Source: Candidatus Oxydemutatoraceae bacterium
GTDB lineage: Bacteria; Pseudomonadota; Gammaproteobacteria; Poriferisulfidales; Oxydemutatoraceae
Reading direction: 5' to 3'
Assembly (NCBI GenBank): GCA_965220085.1
Contig: CBDCOZ010000003.1
Location: 1,216,001 to 1,280,000 of the forward strand
Length of the DNA stretch: 64,000 bases
Of this stretch, positions 29,828-40,031 are shown piece after piece (the stretch's first letter is position 1; each line of letters opens with the position of its first letter). The notes beneath the pieces were generated by a model. It was not told the origin of the DNA, searched no databases, and saw nothing but the letters and a program-made list of their open reading frames with translations. The position numbers and the translations under genes were made by a program.

Positions 29828-30787
29828 ATGAAAACGAAAACCGCTTTTATCTTCCCCGGACAGGGTTCGCAATCCGCAGGCATGATGGATGCCTACGCAA
29901 ACGACTGCGGCGAAGTGCGCGATACCTTTGCGCGCGCCTCCGATGTGTTGGGCAAAGACCTCTATGCGTTGGCCGCGGAAGGCCCCAAGGACGCGTTGGA
30001 TGCGACGGTGAATACGCAGCCGATTATGCTCAGCGCGTGCTTCTCGCTGTGGTCCATTTGGCAACGGCGGGGGGGAGGGATGCCGGATATGATGGCCGGA
30101 CACAGCTTCGGCGAGTATGCGGCGCTGGTCTGTGCCGGCGCGATTGCGTTTGAAGACGGTATCAGGATTGCGGCAAAGCGCGGTGAGTTGATGCAAGATG
30201 CGGTGCCCGGAATCTCTGCGGCGATGGCGGCGGTGATGGGGGTTGATGCGCAGAGCCTCGGCGCGCATTGTCGGCGGGCGCAAGACGATAGCGGGTTAGT
30301 TGTTGAGATGGTCAACTTCAATGCGCCGACGCAGATCGTTGTCGCCGGACATCGCCAAGCGATCGATGCGCTCTCGGCAAACATCAAGACCGCCGCCGCA
30401 TCCAAAGCTGTCAAAGTGATCGTGTTGCCGGTCAGTGTGCCCGCGCATTCCTCTTTGATGAAGCCGGCCGCGGAACAACTGGCGGCGTTTCTTGAAAATA
30501 TTGAGGTCAAAACTCCGGCGATTCCGGTGGTGCAGAACGTGGAAGCAAAGGCGTATTCGGCGCCCGAAGATATCAAGCAAGCCCTGAACAAACAAGTGTA
30601 TAACCCTGTTTTATGGGCGGAAACCGTCGCGCATTTTACCCAAGCGGGCGCGCAACGCCTGGTTGAGATGGGGCCGGGACAGGTGCTGACGGGCATCGCC
30701 CGACGGATTGATCGCAACCTGGTGTGTATGCCAACCGACACTCCGGACAAGTTGGAAGCATTGCTTTCGGGGAGCGATGGTTTATGA
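29828..30787 (+). CDS. fabD: Malonyl-CoA:ACP transacylase
   Basis: FPGQGSQ, GHSFGEY and VSVPAHS motifs. Confidence 0.96.
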   Translation: MKTKTAFIFPGQGSQSAGMMDAYANDCGEVRDTFARASDVLGKDLYALAAEGPKDALDATVNTQPIMLSACFSLWSIWQRRGGGMPDMMAGHSFGEYAALVCAGAIAFEDGIRIAAKRGELMQDAVPGISAAMAAVMGVDAQSLGAHCRRAQDDSGLVVEMVNFNAPTQIVVAGHRQAIDALSANIKTAAASKAVKVIVLPVSVPAHSSLMKPAAEQLAAFLENIEVKTPAIPVVQNVEAKAYSAPEDIKQALNKQVYNPVLWAETVAHFTQAGAQRLVEMGPGQVLTGIARRIDRNLVCMPTDTPDKLEALLSGSDGL

Positions 30788-30833
30788 TAAAAACCCTCAT
30801 GACTCTAGCAGCCGATCATTACGCACCAATCCG

Positions 30834-31577
30834 ATGAACGAACAGCAACGAACAGCTCTTGTTACAGGCGCCTCGCGAGGCATCGGACAAGCGTGCGCAT
30901 TGGCGCTCGGCGGCATCGGCACGCGCGTAGTCGGCACCGCAACCGCTGCCCAAGGGGCGGCGGGCATATCCGCATTACTTGAGCAACACGAAATTGCCGG
31001 CTTCGGTTTGGAGATGCGCATCGATTCCGCCGACTCAGTTGCCGCCGCTATCAAACTGTTGCAGGAGCGGGACTGTGCTCCGGATATTCTGGTCAATAAT
31101 GCCGGTATCACCAGAGACAATCTGCTGATACGAATGGGCGATAGCGAGTGGTCGGAAGTGATAGAGACAAACTTGAGCTCTCTCTATCGCCTGTGCAAAT
31201 CCTGTGCAAAAAGCATGATCAAAAAACGTTGGGGGCGGATTATCAATATCAGTTCTGTCAGTGCGCAGATGGGGAATCCCGGACAATCCAACTATGCCGC
31301 CGCTAAGGCGGGGATGATAGGGTTCAGCAAAAGTCTTGCAAAAGAACTGGGATTGCGTAATATCACTGTTAATTGCGTTGCGCCGGGCTTTATTCGGACC
31401 GATATGACGGCAGCTTTGCCGCAAGAGCAATGCGAGGAAATAATCCGCCGCATCCCGCTGGGACGTTTTGGCAATTCGGGAGAGGTCGGTGATTTGGTTT
31501 GCTTTTTGGCTTCTGACAAAGCGGCTTATATCACCGGCGAAACGATTGCCGTCAACGGCGGCATGCATATGAACTAA
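30834..31577 (+). CDS. fabG: 3-oxoacyl-ACP reductase
   Basis: TGASRGIG, NNAGITRD and YAAAK motifs. Confidence 0.96.
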   Translation: MNEQQRTALVTGASRGIGQACALALGGIGTRVVGTATAAQGAAGISALLEQHEIAGFGLEMRIDSADSVAAAIKLLQERDCAPDILVNNAGITRDNLLIRMGDSEWSEVIETNLSSLYRLCKSCAKSMIKKRWGRIINISSVSAQMGNPGQSNYAAAKAGMIGFSKSLAKELGLRNITVNCVAPGFIRTDMTAALPQEQCEEIIRRIPLGRFGNSGEVGDLVCFLASDKAAYITGETIAVNGGMHMN

Positions 31578-31601
31578 TGATAAAACAAACAGGAGAAAAC
31601 A

Positions 31602-31838
31602 ATGAGTGACAACATAGAAAGCAGGGTACATAAAATTGTGGCCGAGCAACTGGGAGTGGAAGAGAGCAAAGTGACGCCCGATGCATCTTTTGTAAACGAT
31701 CTCAATGCGGACTCTCTTGACACGGTCGAGCTGGTGATGGCGCTGGAAGAAGAGTTTGAGTGCAATATCCCCGATGAAGAAGCCGAAAAATTGACGACCG
31801 TCGGCGAAGCAATCGAGTATATAAAATCTCATTTGTGA
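31602..31838 (+). CDS. acpP: Acyl carrier protein
   Basis: [20 protein letters not shown] motif. Confidence 0.97.
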   Translation: MSDNIESRVHKIVAEQLGVEESKVTPDASFVNDLNADSLDTVELVMALEEEFECNIPDEEAEKLTTVGEAIEYIKSHL

Positions 31839-31886
31839 CCCGCCGCAACACGAGGCTCTTGCACCGAACTCCTTGGAGGTAGCGCT

Positions 31887-33134
31887 TTGGAAGGAAGACG
31901 AGTCGTAGTGACCGGGCTGGGCATCGTCTGCCCGGTCGGCGCGTCGGTTGACACGGCGTGGAGCGCATTGACCGCCGGCCGCAGCGGGGTGCGCAAAGTC
32001 GAAGGCTTTGATGTCTCTGACTTTGCGGTCAGGATCGCCGCGACGGTGTCGGATGACTTCAACGCCGGCGATTGGATTTCTCCGAAAGAACAAAAGCGCA
32101 CCGATGTGTTCATTCACTACGGCGTCGGCGCGGCCATTCAGGCATTCAAAGATTCGGGGCTTGAAGTCAATGACGAGAACGCGCACCGCATCGGGGTGGT
32201 AATCGGTTCCGGTATCGGCGGCTTGCCGTTCATCGAGGCGAACTATGCGGCGTGGAGCAAAGGCGGCCCTCGCAGGATATCGCCGTTTCTGATTCCGGGC
32301 AGCATTTCCAATATGGTCTCGGGCAATTTGTCTATCGCTTGCGGGTTTAAGGGGCCCAGTTTTGCCATTGTTTCGGCGTGCACGACCGGCACGCATAGCA
32401 TCGGCGAGTCGGCGCGCAAGATCGCCGTCGGCGATGCCGATGTGATGCTGGCGGGCGGGGCCGAGATGGCGACATCGGTGTTGGGCCTCGGCGGTTTCGC
32501 TTCCGCCCGCGCCTTGTCTTCCGCGTATAACGACGAGCCACACCGCGCCAGTCGGCCGTGGGACAGCGATCGCGACGGCTTTGTGCTGGGCGAGGGCGCC
32601 GGGGTGTTGGCGCTGGAAGAGTACGAACACGCCAAACGGCGCGGCGCAAACATCTATTGCGAGTTAGCCGGTTATGGCGCGTCCAGCGATGCGGCGCATA
32701 TCACACAACCCGCGCCCGGGGGAGAAGGGGCGGTGCGTTGCATGGAAAATGCTTTGCGTGATGCCGCGCTCGCTCCCGAGCAAGTCGGCTATATCAATGC
32801 CCACGGCACTTCTACTCCGCTGGGCGACAAGGCCGAAAGCGATGCGGTCAAAACCGTGTTTGGCGATTATGCAAAACGCTTGCCGGTCAGTTCGGTGAAG
32901 TCTATGATCGGGCATCTGCTCGGGGCTGCCGGCGGGGTGGAAGCGGTATGCTCGGTGTTAAGCCTGCGCGACGGAATCTTGCCGCCGACCATTAATCTGG
33001 AGACACCCGACCCGGAATGCGATCTGGATTATGTGCCGAACGAAGCGCGCGAGCATGACGTTGACTGCGCGCTGTCAAACTCGTTCGGTTTCGGCGGTAC
33101 GAACGCCTCTCTGGTCTTCCGCGCATTGCGCTAA
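31887..33134 (+). CDS. fabF: Beta-ketoacyl-ACP synthase II
   Basis: [22 protein letters not shown] and NSFGFGGTN motifs. Confidence 0.96.
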   Translation: MEGRRVVVTGLGIVCPVGASVDTAWSALTAGRSGVRKVEGFDVSDFAVRIAATVSDDFNAGDWISPKEQKRTDVFIHYGVGAAIQAFKDSGLEVNDENAHRIGVVIGSGIGGLPFIEANYAAWSKGGPRRISPFLIPGSISNMVSGNLSIACGFKGPSFAIVSACTTGTHSIGESARKIAVGDADVMLAGGAEMATSVLGLGGFASARALSSAYNDEPHRASRPWDSDRDGFVLGEGAGVLALEEYEHAKRRGANIYCELAGYGASSDAAHITQPAPGGEGAVRCMENALRDAALAPEQVGYINAHGTSTPLGDKAESDAVKTVFGDYAKRLPVSSVKSMIGHLLGAAGGVEAVCSVLSLRDGILPPTINLETPDPECDLDYVPNEAREHDVDCALSNSFGFGGTNASLVFRALR

Positions 33135-33145
33135 AGCCCGCGCCG

Positions 33146-33964
33146 ATGCCCTCGGTTTTGATAGACGGTCGGGAATGCGACCTGATTGCGGTCTCCGACC
33201 GCGCGTTGGCATATGGCGACGGATTATTTGAGACCGTTGCGGCAGAAGACGGACGACTGCGCTTGTGGCGCTTGCATTGCAAGCGTCTGCAAAAGGGGTG
33301 CGAAGTTCTGGGCATACCCTTTGCCGACTACGATGCGCTCGCAAGCGAAGCGCGGCAGTTGGCGCAGGAGATTGGACACGGCAGTATCAAGATTATCATC
33401 TCAAGCGGCAGCGGCCCGCGCGGCTATCGGCGTCCCGACGCGGTCAAACCTGTTCGCATCGTCAGCGCCGAAGCTGCGGTCGCCGCCCATGAAACGTTTT
33501 ATCGCGAAGGCATCGCGGCGACAGTTTGTCGTACGTTGATTTCGGAACAGAAAGCTTTGGCCGGAGTGAAGCACCTCAACCGGCTGGATCAGGTGTTAGC
33601 GCGGCAAGAGTGGGACGGCGAGTATCAGGAAGGGGTGATGCTTGACGCGAAAGGCTATGTGCGGGAAGGAACGATGAGCAACTTGTTTGTTCTCAAGGGC
33701 GCACGGTTGCTGACGCCGGCGCTTGAAAACTGCGGGGTGCGCGGTGTGATGCGCGAGTGGATTATCGGGCGCTGCGCCGAACTCGGTATTACGGTCCAAT
33801 GTGGCGACATGACACTTGAGGAGGCGCTGCAAAGCGACGGACTCTTCTTTTGCAATGCGGTGATCAGGGCCTGGCCGGTCAAAACATTGGCGCATCGCCG
33901 CTACGATACCGGCGCTATCCGAACGCTTCTTGAGCGCTTGTCCTTCGGAGATTGCGCGCGATGA
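33146..33964 (+). CDS. pabC: Aminodeoxychorismate lyase
   Basis: DRALAYGDGLFET and GVKHLNRL motifs; conserved synteny. Confidence 0.93.
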   Translation: MPSVLIDGRECDLIAVSDRALAYGDGLFETVAAEDGRLRLWRLHCKRLQKGCEVLGIPFADYDALASEARQLAQEIGHGSIKIIISSGSGPRGYRRPDAVKPVRIVSAEAAVAAHETFYREGIAATVCRTLISEQKALAGVKHLNRLDQVLARQEWDGEYQEGVMLDAKGYVREGTMSNLFVLKGARLLTPALENCGVRGVMREWIIGRCAELGITVQCGDMTLEEALQSDGLFFCNAVIRAWPVKTLAHRRYDTGAIRTLLERLSFGDCAR

Positions 33965-34962
33965 AAGTGAAATCGCTCATCGCTCTCATCGTCTTGGCCG
34001 CCGCCGGAGCAGCGGTCTATGACTACGTGCGCTATATCTATGTTCAGCCGCTCAGCCCGGGACGGGAAACTGTTCTGACACTTGCGCGCGGCGAATCTTT
34101 CGCCGCGGTCGCAACCAAGGTCGCATGGATTGTAGCGGGCGCGCCGGTGTTTTTCCCGCGCACATATATTCGTATCTATGGTCGCTTAGGCGGAGTCGAA
34201 CGTCGCATCAAAGCGGGGGAGTATGCGGTCGGGAAAGAGATGACGATCAGCGCTCTGCTTGGGAAGATCGTCAGAGGCGAGAGTATCTACCGCAACATTA
34301 CCGTTCCCGAAGGCGCGCGCTTTGCCGACTTGCTGCGGATTATCGGGCGCCACCCGGGAATTACATTGAACGATGATGCGCTCCGGCGTATCCGCTTGCA
34401 ATTCCCCGATACGAAGCCGCCGGAAGGGTGGTTCTTTCCGGACACCTATCTTTTCCATGGCGGAAGCGACGGGTTTGAGATATTGAAGAAGAGTCATCTT
34501 GCTATGCGACGGATTCTGCAAAAGCATTGGCAGACACGCAATCCGACTATCCCGCTGAACTCGCCGTACGAGGCTTTGATACTCGCTTCAATAATCGAGA
34601 AAGAGGCAAAGCTAGCAGAAGAGAAAACGGAGATCGCCGCGGTATTCTTAAACCGCCTGAAGCAGAATATGCCTCTTGAAGCGGACCCGACGGTCATATA
34701 CGGATTGGGAGAAAACTTTGACGGCAATCTGACGCGCGCAGACCTTAGAGCCGACACACCGTATAACACCTACACGCGCAGAGCGTTGCCGCCGACACCG
34801 ATCGCGTTGCCGGGAGAACAGGCGATATATGCCGCAACGCACCCGACGACTAGTTCGGCGCTGTATTTTGTCGCTAAGGGCGATGGCAGTCACCATTTCT
34901 CACAAACCTATAAAGAGCATAAACAAATGGTGGATAAGTATCAGAGAAATCGGAAGAAATGA
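33961..34962 (+). CDS. mltG: Endolytic transglycosylase MltG
   Basis: EGWFFPDTY, LASIIEKE, DPTVIYG and LPPTPI motifs. Confidence 0.95.
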   Translation: MKVKSLIALIVLAAAGAAVYDYVRYIYVQPLSPGRETVLTLARGESFAAVATKVAWIVAGAPVFFPRTYIRIYGRLGGVERRIKAGEYAVGKEMTISALLGKIVRGESIYRNITVPEGARFADLLRIIGRHPGITLNDDALRRIRLQFPDTKPPEGWFFPDTYLFHGGSDGFEILKKSHLAMRRILQKHWQTRNPTIPLNSPYEALILASIIEKEAKLAEEKTEIAAVFLNRLKQNMPLEADPTVIYGLGENFDGNLTRADLRADTPYNTYTRRALPPTPIALPGEQAIYAATHPTTSSALYFVAKGDGSHHFSQTYKEHKQMVDKYQRNRKK

Positions 34963-35582
34963 GGGGGTATTTAGTCACTTTTGAGGGTCTTGAAGCCGCC
35001 GGCAAGAGTACGCAGGTGGCTCGCTTGCAACGGATGCTTGAGGAGCGGGGAGCAGACGTTATCACCACCCGCGAGCCGGGCGGCACTCCGTTGGCGGAGA
35101 AGATTCGTGCGTTTTTGCTCAGCGAGACACAGCGCTCCGGCCTCTGCGAGTCGGCGCTGTTTTCTATCGCCCGCGCGAGCCATGTGCGTCGGCATATCCG
35201 GCCGGCTTTGCGAAGCGGGCGGTGGGTGATCTGCGATCGCTTCGTCGATACCACCAGAGCGTACCAAGGCGGAGGGCGCGCTATGCCGTCGTGGTGGATT
35301 GAGTTGCTGATCAGCGCAACGACCTTTTGTATCAAACCGGATGTGACGATCGTGTTGGACATTCCGCTCGAAGCGATTCACGCGCGCTTGCAACAGCGCG
35401 GCAGGATGAACCGCTTTGACAACGAGCGGGCGGAGTTCTTTAAGCGCGCGCGGCAGAGGTATCACGCGCTGGCGCAAGCGGAGCCCGACAGGATCCGCCT
35501 GATCGATGCTATGCTTCCGCTTGACGAAGCAGAGCGGCAGATTCAGTTGATCATAGAGCCGCTATTGGAAAGCAAACGATGA
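34959..35582 (+). CDS. tmk: Thymidylate kinase
   Basis: FEGLEAAGKSTQ, TREPGGT and DRF..T.AYQG motifs. Confidence 0.95.
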   Translation: MRGYLVTFEGLEAAGKSTQVARLQRMLEERGADVITTREPGGTPLAEKIRAFLLSETQRSGLCESALFSIARASHVRRHIRPALRSGRWVICDRFVDTTRAYQGGGRAMPSWWIELLISATTFCIKPDVTIVLDIPLEAIHARLQQRGRMNRFDNERAEFFKRARQRYHALAQAEPDRIRLIDAMLPLDEAERQIQLIIEPLLESKR

Positions 35583-36538
35583 GTGACATTTATCCGTGGC
35601 AGCGGCGACAGTGGGAGACCTGGATTAATCTGGCGCACAGCGACCGCTTGCCTCATGCGTTGTTGCTGTATGGCAACTCCGGAATCGGGATTCGGGACTT
35701 TGTGATACACGCTGCGCACAGCATATTATGCGAGCACGCCGAGGCCGCGCAGAAACCGTGCGGCCGATGTCGCGCTTGTCGTCTTCTCGCAGCCGGAACA
35801 CACCCCGACTATTGCCCGGCAGAAGCGCAGAAGAAAGAAATACAGATTGACCAAGTGTTGCGGTTGATAGCGTTTCTTCAGTTGGAGCGGCAGTACCGAC
35901 AATACCGCCTTGTCGTCATTCCGGAGATCGACAAATTGAACTACTCGGCGGCTAACGCGTTATTGAAAATCCTTGAAGAGCCGCCGCCGTGGGCGTTGAT
36001 TCTGGCCGGCACCGAGAACCTGTCGCGCCTGCCGGCGACGATACGCAGCCGTTTCCAAAAGATGCGCTTTCCGCTGCCCGGCGAGGAAGCCGAAGGGTGG
36101 CTCGCGGAGAAACTGGGGTGTGACCGGCAACAGGCGCGGCAGAAACTGCGGCGATATAACATGCAGGCGCTGGTCGCATTGGCGGAAAGCGCGAGCGGCA
36201 AAGAGGAAAAAGACAGTTATGAATCCTTTCACGCCGATTTTGTAGCCTACATCCAGGGCCGGGTTTCGCTGACCCGTATGGCCGAAGAATGGCAGGGTGT
36301 CGCTCCCGAGCGGATACAGAACTGGCTGCTGAGAGAGTTGCACAGCGCATTGAAACTGCAATTTCTGCCGGATGCCGACTCGGAGATACCCTTTGCGCAC
36401 ATCAAAGGCAAGCCTCTGGAGAATCTGTATCTGTTGCAGGTCGGGCGCTGTCATATGGCCCATGCAAACTTGAATTCTCGTTTGCTGTTGGAAAGCAGTT
36501 TGCTGGAGTGGGGCAGGGCGTTGGCGCGACCGAACTAG
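35579..36538 (+). CDS. holB: DNA polymerase III delta' subunit
   Basis: YPWQ, CGRCRAC, HPDY, AANALLKILEEP and LPATIRSR motifs. Confidence 0.93.
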   Translation: MSDIYPWQRRQWETWINLAHSDRLPHALLLYGNSGIGIRDFVIHAAHSILCEHAEAAQKPCGRCRACRLLAAGTHPDYCPAEAQKKEIQIDQVLRLIAFLQLERQYRQYRLVVIPEIDKLNYSAANALLKILEEPPPWALILAGTENLSRLPATIRSRFQKMRFPLPGEEAEGWLAEKLGCDRQQARQKLRRYNMQALVALAESASGKEEKDSYESFHADFVAYIQGRVSLTRMAEEWQGVAPERIQNWLLRELHSALKLQFLPDADSEIPFAHIKGKPLENLYLLQVGRCHMAHANLNSRLLLESSLLEWGRALARPN

Positions 36539-37231
36539 AATGCTTGCAAACATTCCAGCGCCTTGTCCGGATACGCATTCGGAGAATCTGTATCTGTTGC
36601 AGGTCGGGCGCTGTCATATGGCCCATGCAAATTTGAATTCCCGTTTGCTGTTGGAAAGCAGTTTGCCGGAGCGGGGAGGGCGTTGGCGCGACCGAACTAG
36701 AATGCTTGCAAGCGCTCCAGCGCCTTGTCCGGATACGCACTCGGAGAATCTGTATCTGTTGCAGGTCGGGCGCTGTCATATGGCCCATGCAAACTTGAAT
36801 TCCCGGTTGCTGTTGGAAAGCAGTTTGCCGGAGCGGGGCAGGGCGTTGGCGCGACTGAACTAGAATGCTTGCAAGCATTCCAGCGCCTTGTCCGGATACG
36901 CATTCGGAGAATCTGTATCTGTTGCAGGTCGGGCGCTGTCATATGGCCCATGCAAATTTGAATTCCCGGTTGCTGTTGGAAAGCAGTTTGCCGGAGCGGG
37001 GCAGGGCGTTGGCGCGACCGAACTAGAATGCTTGCAAGCATTCCAGCGCCTTGTCCGGATACGCGCTCGGAGAATCTGTATCTGTTGCAGGTCGGGCGCT
37101 GTCATATGGCCCATGCAAATTTGAATTCCCGGTTGCTGTTGGAAAGCAGTTTGCCGGAGCGGGGCAGGGCGTTGGCGCGACCGAACTAGAATGCTTGCAA
37201 GCATTCCAGCGCCTTGTCCAGATACGCATTC
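36418..37231. repeat. Five tandem copies of a 162-163-bp unit covering the overlapping 3' ends of holB and the convergent aminotransferase
   Basis: Units start at 36418, 36581, 36743, 36906 and 37069 (GGAGAATCTGTATCTG...). Confidence 0.95.
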
Positions 37232-38352
37232 GGAGTATAGAAGTGGGGGGAGAATCTGACACCGCCGCCGCGATGGGCACAGAGAATGTCTTGCTCCAGC
37301 AACTGCCGGAATAATTCCTTTGCTTCTTTGGCGCGCGGTTTTACCGTCAGGATTCCGGCTCTTTGTGTCGCATCCAAAGGCGTCAGAATCTGATATTTTT
37401 CCCGGTCGATGCGCTCCGACAGATAAGCGATTCGGGCCGAGATGCGCTCGCTGATAGCGGCAATTCCGACATCAAGCAATAGTTCAATACTCGTATGCAA
37501 ACCGCTGATTCCTAAGCTATTCGGGCTGCCGCATTCAAAGCGTCGGGCGCTAGGACTCAGTTGCCAGTCGCAGAGCTTGGCGGAATGGAACAAGGTGTCG
37601 TAATCGTTGCGGTTGGCGACCGATGCCCAGCCGAGTTGGCGCGGTATCAATTGTTCAATCTGTTCTTTGCGACAATAAAAAACGCCGATGCCTTCCGGAG
37701 CCAGCAACCATTTGTGACCGTCAGCGGCGGCAAAATCTATTTGGCACGCTTGCACATCAAACGGCAACGCGCCGAGGCTCTGGATCGCATCCACACAAAA
37801 CAGGGTGTTATTCTGCCGACAAGCGGCGCCGAGTTTTTCCAATGCGATTCTATGACCGTAGGCATATTGAACCGAGCTGACCGCCAGCAGGCGGGTGCCG
37901 GAATCCATCTGTTCCAACAACGCTTCTTCGGGCGCGCTTTTTCCGTAAAGGTCTGCGCAACGCGGCTCTACGCCGAACTGTCGGGCGGTCGCCTCCCAGA
38001 CGATGCGGTTGGATGGGAATTCCTGTTGCCCGAACACGATATTGTCTCCGGGCTTCCAGTCTATGCCGTGGGCGACAAAGGATAATCCTTCGGAGGTGTT
38101 TTTTATCAATGCGATCTCATCGGCCGATTGCGCATGGAACAATTTTTGCGCCATCGCCCGCAACTCGTCGCAACGATGTTCCCATTCGCCAAAGTCTATT
38201 CTGTTGTCGGCGCTGTTCTGTTCGGCGAAGCGGCGGATGGCCGCTTGGGTCCGGCGCGGCCACGGCGCAAGACCCGCATGGTTTAAGTGGGTAATCCGAT
38301 CGCTTGCAAAAGGGCCGAATTCATCTTTAACTAGGGTTATAATGTCGTCCAT
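37186..38352 (-). CDS. Class V PLP aminotransferase / cysteine desulfurase-like protein
   Basis: HLNHAG, NTSEG, VDAIQSLG, DGHKWLLAPEG and RFSPHFY motifs. Confidence 0.9.
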   Translation of the reverse strand: MDDIITLVKDEFGPFASDRITHLNHAGLAPWPRRTQAAIRRFAEQNSADNRIDFGEWEHRCDELRAMAQKLFHAQSADEIALIKNTSEGLSFVAHGIDWKPGDNIVFGQQEFPSNRIVWEATARQFGVEPRCADLYGKSAPEEALLEQMDSGTRLLAVSSVQYAYGHRIALEKLGAACRQNNTLFCVDAIQSLGALPFDVQACQIDFAAADGHKWLLAPEGIGVFYCRKEQIEQLIPRQLGWASVANRNDYDTLFHSAKLCDWQLSPSARRFECGSPNSLGISGLHTSIELLLDVGIAAISERISARIAYLSERIDREKYQILTPLDATQRAGILTVKPRAKEAKELFRQLLEQDILCAHRGGGVRFSPHFYTPNAYLDKALECLQAF

Positions 38353-39328
38353 GCGTCTATTATGTCTTATGTCGTTATTACTGATAAGCGCGGGCTTTTC
38401 GGCACAAGCGTCTACCTATCGGTATGACCTCGATCATACCCTGATCGGGGCTTTGCAGAGCACGGCGGTGCGCGCGACCGATACCTTGATTGATATTGCC
38501 CGCGACTTTGAGTTGGGCTACGAGGAAATCGTGCAGGCCAATCCCGATTTGGACCCGTGGGTTCCGGGGGAGGGCAGCCGGGTCATTCTGCCAAGCCAAT
38601 TTATTTTGCCCTATCCGGAGTTTCAGGGAGTCTTTATCAACCTGGCGGAGATGAGGTTGTATTACTATCTCCCCGTTGCGGAAGATGGCAAACGGGTCGT
38701 CTCAACTTATCCGATCAGCATCGGTCGCGAAGAATGGAAGACACCCGTTTCCAGCGCGAAGGTTGTCGATAAGTTAGTCAACCCGAGTTGGTATCCGCCG
38801 AAGAGCGTTCGTCGCGAGCACGCGCAGATGGGAGACCCCTTGCCATCCGTCGTGCCCCCGGGAGAGGACAACCCGTTAGGGGAATATGCCTTGCAACTCA
38901 ATTTGTCGGGTTACTTTATCCACGGCACAAACCGGCCGGAAGGCATCGGGATGCGGGTGACCCACGGCTGCATCCGCATGCGCCCCGAGGATATATCGGA
39001 CTTGTTTCACCGCATTCCCCGAGGCACGAATGTCACCATCCGCTTTATGCCCCATAAAACGGTATTGGCAGACGGCGTGATCTATTTTGAAGCGCACCGA
39101 GGCGGCTATGCGCAAAAGAGCTATATGGCGGATTCGCTGATCGCGGTCAGCGAGTTATCCAAACAGCAAAATATTACCGTCGATTGGGAACGTATGTTGC
39201 GGGTCGCAAAGCGCGGTCGGGGGATACCGGTGCCTTTGAATATCGGCATGGAGCATTCCGACTATATCTCTGCGCTGCCGCAAGCGGGCGAACGCGACGC
39301 GACCGCGCGCAAAGATTACATATTTTGA
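38351..39328 (+). CDS. L,D-transpeptidase (ErfK/YcfS family)
   Basis: Signal peptide, ANPDLDPWVP, INLAEMRLYY and IHGTN...THGCIRM motifs. Confidence 0.92.
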   Translation: MRLLCLMSLLLISAGFSAQASTYRYDLDHTLIGALQSTAVRATDTLIDIARDFELGYEEIVQANPDLDPWVPGEGSRVILPSQFILPYPEFQGVFINLAEMRLYYYLPVAEDGKRVVSTYPISIGREEWKTPVSSAKVVDKLVNPSWYPPKSVRREHAQMGDPLPSVVPPGEDNPLGEYALQLNLSGYFIHGTNRPEGIGMRVTHGCIRMRPEDISDLFHRIPRGTNVTIRFMPHKTVLADGVIYFEAHRGGYAQKSYMADSLIAVSELSKQQNITVDWERMLRVAKRGRGIPVPLNIGMEHSDYISALPQAGERDATARKDYIF

Positions 39329-39330
39329 GG

Positions 39331-39365
39331 ATAAAAAAAGGGGGACAAGATTGCCCCCCTAAAAT
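39331..39365. terminator. Intrinsic terminator between convergent genes
   Basis: A-tract then GGGGGACAA-GA-TTGCCCCCC; T-run on the minus strand. Confidence 0.6.
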
Positions 39366-39383
39366 CAAAATGAATGATCGAAG

Positions 39384-39692
39384 TTACTTCATCATCTTAT
39401 AATCAAATTTCTCCATCAGAAACTTTTCAGCGCGGCTTGCTCTCATCATTGCCTCGTGAGCCATCTCTTTAGCACGCATCGCTTCGGTTTCTGCGGTATT
39501 CAACTGAAATTGCATTTCAGCTGCTTGCCGCTCCATCTCTTTGTCGTGCATCATCATATCATCGTGCATCATGTCATCGTGCATCATGTCATCGTGCATC
39601 ATTTTGTCGCCGTGCATCATTTTGTCGCTTGCACAACCGGTGATTGCTAATGCGATAATACCGACGAGGGCTGTAGAACGAAAATTTTTCAT
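39384..39692 (-). CDS. Lipoprotein with MMHDD repeats and an Lpp/OprI-like alanine zipper
   Basis: Lipobox ITGC, 15-bp DNA repeats, Ala-rich heptads, C-terminal Lys; next to the L,D-transpeptidase. Confidence 0.75.
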   Translation of the reverse strand: MKNFRSTALVGIIALAITGCASDKMMHGDKMMHDDMMHDDMMHDDMMMHDKEMERQAAEMQFQLNTAETEAMRAKEMAHEAMMRASRAEKFLMEKFDYKMMK

Positions 39693-39928
39693 ATCTAATT
39701 ACTCCAGAGTTTATATATGGAAATGTGTTAACACAGTCGTAAGCATAAACGAAAACACGATGCGTATCAAGCGAGGCTGTGAACTCAGGGGTCGGTGGCC
39801 GACCGGGCGCTTTGAAGCCTTGCCTATGTGCCTTCGCATAATATGCATTATGTTAAATAGATACGGGCTTAGCGGAAGGCTTGCAGAGCCCTGTTTTCTA
39901 AGGTTATCCAAGGGCTTAGACAGGATCA

Positions 39929-40031
39929 AGCGGGACGGCCTCAACGTGCGCACTCAGCGGCGATCGTCGGGAGAGGATGTTGCGTTTCGCTATTCAGCGG
40001 GACGGCCTCAACGTGCGCGCTCAGCGGCGAT
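39929..40031. repeat. 36-bp direct repeat (39929-39964 and 39996-40031) including the FAH gene stop codon
   Basis: AGCGGGACGGCCTCAACGTGCGC(A/G)CTCAGCGGCGAT. Confidence 0.8.

Noticed and set aside
29788-29830. Absence of plsX/fabH before fabD (and of lpxB/rnhB after lpxA, hflD near purB)
   Set aside because: These genes may lie elsewhere in the genome, so loss cannot be judged from one window.
31035-32630. Long antisense ORFs (531 aa here; also 39541-40794, 55090-56220, 24459-25517)
   Set aside because: They are shadows of well-supported genes on the opposite strand in GC-rich DNA.
36540-37314. ORFs within the 163-bp array; CRISPR or DGR interpretation
   Set aside because: The ORFs are by-products of duplicated gene ends. 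There are no spacers, no reverse transcriptase and no evident adenine-specific variation.
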